DNA from: Oculina patagonica
Taxonomy: Eukaryota
Assembly (NCBI RefSeq): GCF_052425735.1
Contig: NC_135770.1
Span: 36,642,001-36,706,000 of the forward strand
Length of the DNA: 64,000 bases
Direction of reading: 5' to 3'
Shown: positions 45,101 to 57,100 of the stretch, one piece after another
Layout: each line of letters begins with the position of its first letter
Numbering within the stretch: the stretch's first letter is position 1
Program-made: the position numbers and the translations under genes
The notes under the pieces: model-generated
Told to the model about the DNA's origin: nothing
Database searches by the model: none
What the model saw: only the letters and a program-made list of their open reading frames with translations

Positions 45101-48100
45101 AGAGTGAAGGTGTTGTCTACTTAGCCAATCAGGTTTGAGACCAATCGTGACGTACGCGAATTTTCCCGCGCTCGATTTTTGCCTAAGATGCTTTACCTGG
45201 TTTCACTTTCCTCGACTTTCTCGAACGTCTCCCGGAGTTTCCTGGCCTCTTCCTTGAAAAACTCCAGCGTTTCCTCATTTTGAAGATCATCAGAAGACTT
45301 TACACGAGAAAGTCTCTTTATACGTGAATTAATCAGCCTTCGTTCCCTCGCTCTTTCCACGTGAAACCTTTCCTTTTGTGCAGAGAGTTTCTGCAGGGCG
45401 ATCTCTTTCTCTTTGATACCGTCCAACATCTGATCGGAAATCCGTCTTTGCTGCTCGTGAACTCGTTCTTCGTCTTTCTCAAAGTGAGCTCGCTTGGCGA
45501 CATACTCCAGAAATAAGTCATCTTCATCAGAACCGATATGCTTTAATCTCTTCTTAACTAAATTTAGAACTTCGTCTCTCTGTTCGTCATTAGTTCCGGC
45601 CTCGCTAGCTTCCTCGCCTTCTGACAGATCACCCGAGTTCAGCGAGTCAAATGTTTCAGTAATTAAACTTTCAATCTCACCATATTCCTTCCATAAAAGT
45701 TCCACATAACGCTCGCGTTCTTGGTCAATCGCGCCGATTTCTTGCTCTTCTTTGCTTTTCAAGTTTTCCAGGCACAAGCGAATTTTCTCCGCGTGCTGCT
45801 GGCGTGAAGTTTTATACTGTTCTTCGAGTTCTGTTATTTTAGCTTCGTTTTCCAAGATTTGTCGGCCGTAGAATTCAACACTCGTGATCTCTTCGGCCAA
45901 CGTTCCGCGTGTTTTCTCAATTATCTTTTCTTTTTCGTCTTTAAGCGCGAACAAGCTCTGCATCTGTTGAGCAATCACTTCTCCAATTTCATCAGGATCA
46001 GACGTATTCGATTCGAAATTCCAACTGGCTCGCCTGCGATGCCGCAAATCTAAACCAACAGGTTTGGTTTTTAAACCAAAGTCCGAAACGCTCCGTTTTT
46101 TGTCACTGTAATCAAAAACTGTTACTTCCGTCTCCTCACAACCTTGTTCCACGTCCGCAGATTCCTCCAAAGAACTACTAGTAAGATAAGTCAAATACTG
46201 ATCGTGTTTTTCCTCCAACAACTGAATTTTTCTTTCAATTTCGTCGAGTTCAGTCAAATCCTTTGTAAGCGTACACTCTAATGTTACCTTATCCCGATTT
46301 AAACTATCTTCCGCTTCGGCCTTGGCTTTTTCAAGCGTTTCTTGCAATTCCAACAACTGAACCTGTTTCTCCTCAAGCTCCTTTAAATCTCCGTCTCTCT
46401 CCAAGCCATGATGCTCTTCTTGTCGAGTTCGGTCAATCTCCGCCTGAACGATCACTTTGCGCCTTTGCATCTCAATCTCAGCCAATTTCATCTCGTACTG
46501 AATAATCTTTTGCCATTCGCCCTCCATAAACCGAGCTACTTCTTCTCTCTCCTTCGCTATCTCCTCGGCGGATTCTTCCACTTCCCTGCTGTGTTTCATC
46601 TTCTGCTCGAACAAGTCTTCCAGTTCTTTCTCGATATCGTTCTTCGAGTCCTCGTGATTTTTGTCCATGTTTAGCCGAACTTCTTCTAGATCCAGTCTGG
46701 CTTGTTGTGACCTGGCCTCGTGCAGTTCACGCAAGGATTGGATGTGTTCCTTCTGATCGTCAATTTCTTTCTGTTTGTTATCAATCTCGGTTTGGAAAGC
46801 TCTTTCTATCTCTAGCCGGCGAATTTCGGCTTCTTTGTGTCTAGCGATCAAATCTGTCACTTGATTTCTGCAAAATCGAAAGTGATGTAAATTAAGAATG
46901 AGTAAAAAAAAATTTTTGTTGCTCTCGTTGTTGTCGACGTAAAATTTGAGAAGCATTCATTCATTCATTTAGCATTCAAAACTGTTCTATTAACTTATAC
47001 CTCACTGATACGGTTGTGCATACAATGCCGCAAAACAGAACTACATGATGCCTTAAATGACAACAAGCAGAAGTATTATTATGGTATAAACATGCGCCAG
47101 TTTTTCAGTTTACATCACCCAGAAATACGGAGCCCAAGAGAGTAAATCTCCAGTTTTACACAAGCAATCATTTAAAAATGCAGAAATTCATTGGGAGGGA
47201 CGCCGCGGGGGAGAAAAACTCAGCTTCCCTATTCGTAAACAAGCTAAACAACTCTTAAGAAACAACTTCGCTTTTCTGTATGAAAAAAGAATATTAGCAT
47301 TACAAACCACCTCGAGGAAATAAGCAATGAGACGACAATAAAAAGATAAAAGAAATGAACTTACTTGAGATCATCTAAAGAATCTGCTCCTGGAAGATCC
47401 GCTTCAACGCTGCAAAAAGATGTAAAATTATGATGAGAAAACCTTCGCTTTCTGCTTCAAATTACAACAAATCACGCAAAGCAGAAATGGAATAACTTCA
47501 TACCCAGAATCTAAAGTCATCGGAGAAGATGAATCGGACCTCATGCTCAGATCCCCATGACTGCCACGGACCGGGGAGATATGGAAATTAGTCAAAGATT
47601 CAGTCGATTCCTAGCGCGAAAGAAAATCACAGTTTTGATTCTGTTGTCTCACGAGAAATAAGTCGCGCGCGCGCTTCACACGCGGGCATCTGTACGTGTG
47701 AACGTGCGTGTGCGTGTTAGAAGCTATGAAACTCACCATGCTGAACAACCCAGAACGCCGTTTTTCCCTCAGTTTGGCAGCTTCGGTCGGAAAGTTGAAT
47801 TTGAAGACATCGCTCTTACCAAGAACAATTACATCACCTACGAGAAAAACACACCTTGTCAGCCACTTAACTGAAGGACAGTTTACACTGATAAAACAGA
47901 AAATCAGATGAACTGATAAAGGCAGTTTTCATACTAGCCCGCGGAAAGCCCGGGAAAGCGCGATTTGTTGCTGATTGGTTAAAAATTGCTTTCTCGCGTG
48001 CAACGTGCTCTAACTAATGAAGGCAAAAGACACGGGACTTTTGTTTTGTAGAATAATTCAATCAACATACCTTGATTTAGTTTAGTCGCCTGAGTGACTG

Positions 48101-51100
48101 CCACACCGTTCACCCAGCACATCGAGGAAATCGGTTCAAATGTCACTCGTCCTTTAACAAAGTCCAGCACACAGTGTTCTTTCTCGATATCTTCACCTTC
48201 AAGAACTATGAAAAAGAAAACAGAGGGAGATTACAAGTGGCAAACGCCATTGGCAGATCCTGTTGGTTCTTGGTTTAAAACGAAAAAAAAATTGATGGAC
48301 GCAAAGAAATTGATGTTTACACTTTTAATCATCTTACCTATATCTTGAGGGTTCGGTGCGTCTTCTCGTCCGATATGCGTCTTTCCGTGCTGTAAACAAT
48401 GACAACATTCATGAGATTTTGTGAGAACTCTCTAAAGGATGCGCCATTTTATACAATAACCAAAGACGTTCATTGCGCTCTGGTTGGCCCTCGGATTCCT
48501 GATCGAGTTGGAGTTTCGAAATGTTGGCTTTTGTGGAGGAACGAAAAACGGAGAACCCGGAGCAAAACCCTTGGGGCACGAACACTATTTTAGTTGCCAT
48601 TTTGAACTATTGCAATGAAGATGAAGAGAGGCTAAGTTGCAGATAATGGGTATAAGTGAAAGCAGATGGTGTGGATCGGGGAAGTTCATTCTCACTACAG
48701 GTGAGACGATAGTGTATTCTGGCAGAGATGACGAAGTTCATCAACATGGCGTGGCCATCATGCTAAACAAAGATGCAGCAAAAGCACTGATCAACTGGAC
48801 ACCTATAGATGAGCGAATAATTCGAGCCAGATTCCACTCTAGGTATATCAAGTTAACGCTGATACATGTCTATGCCCCCACTAATGACACTGATGAAGAG
48901 GTGAAAGATCATTTCTATGAGAAGCTCCAGGCAATAGTGGAAAAAACACCGAAGCACGATTTGCTGGTTATCACTGGAGATTTGAACGCAAAGGTAGGAA
49001 GCGATGTAGAAGGATACGAAAGAGTAATGGGTAAGCATGGAGTTGGAACCAGGAACGACAATGGCGAGAAACTATGCGAGTTTTGCGGCATGAACGACCT
49101 AATGATCACAGGTACGATATTTCCTCATAAGGAGATCCATAAACAAACTTGGATATCCCCTGATAGACGCACTTGCAATCAGATAGATCATGTGTTAATC
49201 AACAGGAAATTTAGAACATCTGTGCTGGACACAAGAGCCATAAGATCAGCTGATATCGCCAGTGACCACCACCTGGTTTGCACCAAACTGAGGTTAAAGC
49301 TAAAAGCAGCTCCTAAAAGACGTGGAATTAGGAGAACGAGATATGATACTCAGAAGCAGGAGAACGATGTGTGTAGGAGGCAGTTTTGTTTGGAACTAAG
49401 GAACAGGTTTGAGATATTGCAGAGGGAGGAGCTGGAAGATGACGAAACAGATCGGCCAGAAGCTGAGCTGGAGAAGGCTAACGGTATCATAGAGAAGGCT
49501 TACAATATGACAGCAAAGAAAGTTCTAGGATATAAGAAAAAGAAAGTTAAGCCATGGATCAGTAAAGAATCATGGGACCTGATTGAGCAGAGGAAAACGA
49601 TTAAACTAAAACTTGATGGAACCAGCTCCGAGAGACTGAAAGAAAAGAGGCGAGTAGAATATAAAGCCAAAGACCGAGAAGTGAAGAGGCAAATACGCAG
49701 GGACAAGAGGAATTGGACAGAAGGGATAGCAAAAGAAGCAGAGGAAGCAGCGAATATGCAACACATGAAGACTCTTTACAACTTAACTAAAACGATCTGC
49801 AACGACAAACCAAGGCAGAGCACAGTAGTCAACGACAGAAATGGTAACGCCTTAACCAGCGATGAGGATAGAAGGAAGCGGTGGAGAGAGCATTTCATGG
49901 AGATACTCAATAGGGAGGAGCCAGCCTACCCGATCAATGAAGAAGATTGTGAACAACAGGACATAGCTGACATTGACACGGGACCTGTGAGCAAAGCTGA
50001 GATAAGAAGGGCAATAAAGAGTCTTAAGAATGGTAAAGCCCCTGGTGAAGATATGATAACAGCAGAACTACTGAAGGCAGACCTTGAATTTACAACCGAC
50101 AGAGTGAAAGAACTTATAGACACGATCTGGAGTCTGGAAAAGGTCCCACGTAAATGGAAGAGGGGGCTCATTATTAAGATACCGAAGAAAGGGAACTTAA
50201 GGGAGTGTAAGAACTGGCGGGGAGTGACTCTCCTACCAGTTGTTAGCAAGATATTGGGAAGAATTGTAATTGATCGCATTCGCATGGGGATTGACAACAG
50301 GCTCCGTAAGGAACAGGCTGGATTTAGATCTGGTAGAGGAACGACGGAGCAAATTTTCATCCTACGCAATATATTGGAGCAAGTGAATGAATGGCAGGCA
50401 ACTCTCTATATCAATTTCGTAGATTTCGAGAAGGCGTTTGACTCAGTGCACAGAAACGGCTTATGGATGATAATGAATCAGTATGGTATCCCACAGAAGA
50501 TCGTCAACATAGTTAGAGCGCTGTACGATGGCTTTGAATGTGCTGTTGCGGAGGAAGAAGCAACCTCAGAATGGTTCGAACTAACGACTGGTGTCAAGCA
50601 AGGATGTACAATGTCTGGCTTTCTTTTCCTGCTCATTGTAGACTGGGTAATGAGGCATACTGTGAAAGAGGAGGGAACCGGGCTGAGGTGGAAATTTACA
50701 TCAAAACTTGAGGACCTAGACTTCGCTGACGATGTAGCTTTAATTTCCTCAACCCAAAGGCACATGCAGTTGAAAACAAACAGGCTGGTAGAAAATGCAG
50801 AAAGGACAGGCCTTCGGGTAAATGTCGGGAAGTGCAAAGTCTTGAGAGTCAATGCAAAGAGTAATGAAGCCATCACAGTGAATGGTCTGGCGTTGGAAGA
50901 TGTAGAGAAGTTTATCTATCTAGGAGCCACAGTATGTAAACAAGGGGGCGGAGAAGAAGACATCAAGGCTAGGCTAGGGAAAGCGAGGGGAGCGTTTGTG
51001 AAGCTAAATCGAGTATGGAATTCCAGCAGGGTGTCGAGGAAGACGAAGATCAGGCTCTACAAAACATTGGTCAAACCAGTTCTCATGTATGGTTGCGAAA

Positions 51101-54100
51101 CATGGAAAATGAACGAAGGTGATGCTAAGAAAATCGATGTGTTTCAGAACCGATGCCTGAGGAGGATAATGAAGATTAAATGGCAAGATAAGATTAGTAA
51201 TAGAGAGCTACTGGAAAGGGCTAACGTGGAGAGGTTGAGTGAAGAGGTAAGAAGAAGGAGATGGCGATTCATTGGACACATCCTCAGACAACAACCTGAC
51301 AATGACTGTGTTACAGCCCTGACATGGACCCCAGAGGGAAAGAGAAAGAGAGGCAGGCCAAAAACAACCTGGCGGCGCACAGTAGAAAAGGAGAGGTCCA
51401 AAGCAGGGTGGCAGTCCTGGAGAGAGGTGCGCACTGCAGCGCAAGACAGGAATCGATGGAGAGCACATGTGGAGGCCCTATGCGCCAACTTGGCGCCGGG
51501 GGACAAGTGAAGTGAAGTGAATGAAGATAAACGTCGCCTGACACGAGAAGCAAAGTCACAGGTCCCCACACAAGCCTGTTTGGGATACTTGTGTGGCAAA
51601 GGTGCGAAATTTCAAATGCGCTACGATGAATTGATTTCTTACCATGACACGATACAACATTATCTCTGTTCTCAGTGGATCTTCTTCCAAGCGAACCAAA
51701 TGCGGAAGTTCAAGGTCGACAAGAACAACACACGAACCATGACGGCGAAGCTGTAACTCACTTTCCTGCAGAACAAGAGTATAGCTGTTTTTCGCGAGCG
51801 AAACAAGCACAAGCGTTAACACAAAACTATGAGTCTTTTGTGTGCCCAGAGCCGCTTGTCCCTCTTAGCCGGCTGAGCCTGGGGCAAAAGGAACAAGTGG
51901 CTCTGGGGACTTTGTTAATCAAATCAAATCATGTGTCCCCAGAACCACTTGTTCCTCGTGCCCCAGGCTCTGCCGGCTAAGACGGACAAGTGGCTCTGGG
52001 GACGAGAATGATATGAGTCAACAAGAAAGAAAGCCGCAAGTATCGTAGGTCTTAACAAAGCACGCACTATTTATCTCAAGCACAAGCTAATAAAAAGAGA
52101 AAATGTATTGTAAAAGATGGTTTTTTTTTCAGATGCATGCCCCCACCCACCCTACCCACCTGCATGATGCCCCACCCACCCTACCCACCTGCATGATGCC
52201 CCACCCACCCTACCCACCTGCATGATGGATTTCGCCTCTTTCCATTTCTCGGTCCAGTCTTTCGTCAGCTGCTCCACCCGAGATTGGTTTTCATGAAGCT
52301 TCTTGGCAACTTTCATGGAGTCATTTAAAGATATATTCTATCAAAAAACAAATTTGGAGAGAACCATTAAGTGTATAACATCTAAATAATGTTAATATTG
52401 TAAAGTCAAAAGTCGCGCAACGTGAAAATGTACCTCGTCGCCCGTTTCGGTGTTTCGTATGAGGGATTTGAGTCGCTCGATTTCAGATCTAAGTTCCCGG
52501 ATGAGTTTAACGTTTGGATCCTGCAAAAGAAAACGAATAACAGTTACTTAAGTAGCAAGATAAAAACCGTGATGAAAAAAAAAAACTGTTAGGAAGCGTG
52601 GACAGGCAAGTAAAATACAGCTTAGTGTTTACCGTTGAAAGCTTAGGTTATGCGTTTGGTGGCGCAAACTAGTTATTTTTAAGGAATAGAAGCAAAACTA
52701 AAGCCAATCGTGGACTTGTTTTACGCGCGAGATCCCCGCGCTTGGCGTCGGTTACACGGCTTGTTACGAGTTGCGATTGGTTAATTGCGCTATTTACGTT
52801 GGCAGTGATTGGTCAGATGAGATTCGGCATTCCTTTGGGTGGGTTGCTTTTTCAATGCCTTAACTGACTTTTAAGTGACGTGAAAATGGCTTAATGTTTT
52901 TTTTATACCTCGTTAACTTTCGGCACGTTGACAATACTCTTTGCTCGATGGGCGTAGCGAAGTGTGCTGAGTGTTTCACCATAGTTACATTCCGCAGGAG
53001 AAATGGCTAGAAGGAAGACAAAATATTCATGTTAACAAACTATAAGAAATAAATCACAGAAAAAATAAATCAGCACGAATCGAAAAGAAAAATGCGAAGA
53101 TAACCGCATGCAGATACAGATACAGATACTTTCCGTTACGAGAATCCACAGCAAACGGGCAAGATATTGAGTTGAAAGAAAAAGAAGTTAAAAGATTTAT
53201 TAGAAGAATTTTCAAGGCTTCCAACATTTTCCTGGAATTTCAAAGATTTACGGAAGGTTTTGCAGCCCTTTACAGACATTTTCCGAACATCGACACAAAC
53301 GTACGAAGTTGGCCGAGGAAAATGCAAGCATGATTCGATTTTATGCCTACCATTTACCAAGTTATTGAGTGTATAGATATGTTTATTTTTTTAGTGGGGT
53401 AAATCCTTGTAGTTCACTGTGGTTTATCTATGAAAAAACTGACCTGCGACCATGACAGTTTTGGAATTTCCCCCTAAACTGTCCTTTAGAAGAAATGTGA
53501 GCACAGAGTCACGGTATGGTACAAACAGCTTTTTCTTGTAGGAAGGACGCTTGGATGCAGAAGAAGCATTGATGGAGTTTTCAGCTGTGAGAGAGAAACA
53601 AGAGAGGTAATGTCAGATGAAACTGCATTCTGTCTTTATGTATAGTCAACATGTTATTGTATTAGGACAGTTTCATTTGTCATTACTGGACAGGCAGAGC
53701 TGGTTTCTCAACGTTCTTGTTTTCACAGACAACACAGTTACCGTTTTCACAACAAGATGGAAATTTAAACAAAAACTTCTTCAGTTTTTGCGGTTAAACT
53801 TCCTACGCTTTCAGTATTTCAAGTTGGAATGAACCGACAGGAAAAACTTGGCATGTAATTAGCACCCTGAGAACATGATGAGAAATGTTTTGGATGACGG
53901 AATGTACTTTGACGATGAAAAACAACGGAAAAGAAAAGAATAATGTATTTACCAAGAGTAGAAATAACAATCCCCAAAGTAACGAGAGATTTGTTGATGT
54001 TCGCTCCTTCTTTTAGCCTGTCGCCAGCAGCACCGCTTGCACTAGCGCGCTCACTAGAAACAAGAACATACAAAAAACAATCATTGTCATTCTCCCTACC

Positions 54101-57100
54101 CGCATCCATACGTTTCTTATAGCACTAGTTGGGAGAATGTTTATATTTATCAATTTATCAATTCCTTAATAACTTGAACGCTTGATTAAGTAATGATATT
54201 GTGACGATAAAGAAGATTCTCATTACTTATGCCGGCCTAACTTAATAAAGAGGAAATATTAGGGGTAGGTGAAACCGTTATTGGATTTAATTTACAGATT
54301 ACAGGTAATCTGGGGATTTCAAAGAGGAAATATGGGGATTTTTAAATAATATTAAAATCCTCCAAATCTCTTCTCTGAAATCTTCCCCAAAATAATCCAA
54401 TTGTTAGAAATAATTCAATTATTGGATTATTTAGTGGATTAATTAGTGGTTCAGTTCCTCCATTGGGACAAAGAGGTCTGTTGTTCGTATAGTGTGAAAA
54501 GTTTTGACAACCTGAGCAGAAGTCATCTAAAGCTCGCCAGAGCAAAGTTATTGTCAGTCGTTGATGTTGTAAGTCTGGTCCTTTGAAAGTGATTGGTCAG
54601 TTTAGCTGTGATGTTACAATGGGACCTTGACACAGCCAAGGGCCAAAGTACTAGCAAAATATGTTCGCTATAATGAGGCTTCGTTATTTCGGGGTTCTTT
54701 TTCATATATTTTACTTTCACTTGGATGAAGAATATTGTTCGTTTTACTGAGGACTTCGTTAACTGCAAGTTCCACTAAATTGGCAGTAAAGTTCACCAAC
54801 AGTGATTGGTCAGTAAGAGTAAGTTAAGATCTGCCAGATTAAGAAAAGATAGAGTACATTTGCTGCAAGTCAACAAGCAAGCCAGTGAATTACAAACCTG
54901 CCAGCTAGGTCTACCAAGTGTATCTTGCTGATCGTTTCACTAGGCATATCTTCCATGAACTTGGCCTGCAAAAATTTTACAAAGTAAAATTGATATCAAT
55001 GTTGTCATGCTGTCTAGAGTATCAAAGAAGTAGTAAAACACTGCGGTGCTTCCCAGCCAGCAGCTCCAATGCTGGATCCAGCTTGGAAGTCGTCAGGAGG
55101 AACCATGGCAGACAGTTTCGGCCCCTACTCCTCGACTGTCTTCTGCCATGGCGGGGCCCCTCCCTAAGGAGGCTTCACAAGAGCTGGTGCTGGCTGGGAC
55201 ATGAGTTAAAAAGAAAGTACATGTAAGATCTAGAACAATATTTACCTGTGTAAACTTTATTGTGAAAATTGCATGTGAACGACTGCTGGTGTTGTTCATT
55301 CTTGTGGCAGCAGTTGCTCTGAAAAAAGAAGAATTTCACACAGTCATCTACAATAGGCTAAAAACTAAGCTAGTCTCCAAGGCAGAGATTAAATTGCATC
55401 AATTTTCATCACAATGTGGATGACCTGAAAGACAATCTATACAAACCTGAGCCTGTTACCCTGCTCCATAAGAACTTCAATTGAATCAAAATCAGAAACA
55501 TGCTGTTTTGTCAACCCTGAAGAAAAAACAACAAACAAATGTTGAATCCTCTTTCAAATCATTGGCTAGCTCCACCCTGGTAGAAAGCTACTTCTAGTCT
55601 ATTGCTAGTTGTGCTAAAAAGCATTTTTTTTAGTTGCACCACGATTCAGTACAGAGAATTGTTGGGGTCAAATTTCTGGAATAATCTGTCAAACAGGCTA
55701 GGGGTAGAGAAGAATTTGAGCAGCTAAAGAGAAAAAATTTGTTTACTTCCTTACCTTCAACGTATGGCCCTTCCTTGGGATGTTCACGGACTTTTAAATT
55801 CTGCTGAGGTAGTTTCTTCAATTTCTGGGGCCTCAGCAAGTCACGAACATGTTCATTGTAAATTTCAAGGTAGCTATAACAGAAACAGTTAAGCCCATCA
55901 GGTAACTGAATGCACACCATGTGCACTGCCATTTGATAAAAATGAAAATTTATGTTTACCTCACTTCAGTTCTGAATGAAGAACTGAGAGATGTGTTCTG
56001 CTCAATGTACTGAAATAATCCCTGCAAAGAGATAAACAATCAAAGTTAGGACAAATGTGTACAGCTGATTTGCATTACAATAAAAGTAAAAAAATAAAAA
56101 AATCGACTTTGTTTTATGTAGGGTTGCACGTAAGAGTCTTGTGACTGACAAACCTGTGGCCCTAAATTGGAATTTAGAAGTGTTGGTTTTTGTGGAGGGA
56201 GGAAAACCAGAGAAGCCGAGAAAATCCTTGGAGCAAGGACGAGAATGATCAACAAACTCAACACAATCCAAAAAAGACTTTCTGGAACTTGTAACATAAG
56301 ATGAAAAGGTCAATCTAACGTTACCTTGCATATTCTAGGAATAAGTCCAACTTCCTCCTAAAAAATAATAATACAAAATAATGATAAGCAGCCACAAAGT
56401 CACTTAGATGAACTTTCATATAAGATATAATCAAGTAAGACCGAATATGTGCAATACAAAAAACATGCAGGGATCCAGAGAACATGTAGAATGCACCAAG
56501 TTATTTTGAACCAAGACAAGAAAGACAACACATAGGGGATGTTTAAATTTTATTCAACAGTCTTCATACAAAAATAAAAAATAATGATAAATTTAAAAAA
56601 AGGAAAATAAATCTTAGAGTGAAAGGAGTAAACTCCAACACATCGGAGATGAGGAGCTATTGAAGAGGAGGAGCTTAATTGCAACTATAGGGCAAATTAG
56701 CTTTTACAGTGATGTAACTTTGCACTTCAAGATATTGTAAGGTTGTGAACTTACATTGGTTCCCATCATAGTATAAGTCTTCCCTGCACTTGTTTGTCCA
56801 TAGGCAAATAAGCAGGCATTGTAACCTTCAAATGCCGACTCTAAAACACCTTGACCAAGGTCTTTAAAAACCTGCAATGATATTAATATTATTGTTAACA
56901 AGGAGATTACTAGCTTACAAGTTCATTTGTTTTTACAATAATTTAAAAATGTTTCTTGTTCAAAATTAACCAAATGCAAACAAATTTTGGAGCTTCATTA
57001 AAATAGTGATCTTCTGCAGGGCCAAGCTGATGTTAACTTGTGATCATTCCCTCTCTCTGGCTTACGGAAGAAAAAAAGCCTGGTGGCAGGTCAGGGTCAA

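Noticed and set aside
45193-46956. 587-aa ORF as a standalone gene
   Set aside because: It is internal exon 45197-46867 of the kinesin; the first 30 codons or so are intronic.
49500-51599. Several antisense ORFs over the RTE (and 22049-23038 over the other LINE)
   Set aside because: Shadow frames of coding sequence with no motifs.
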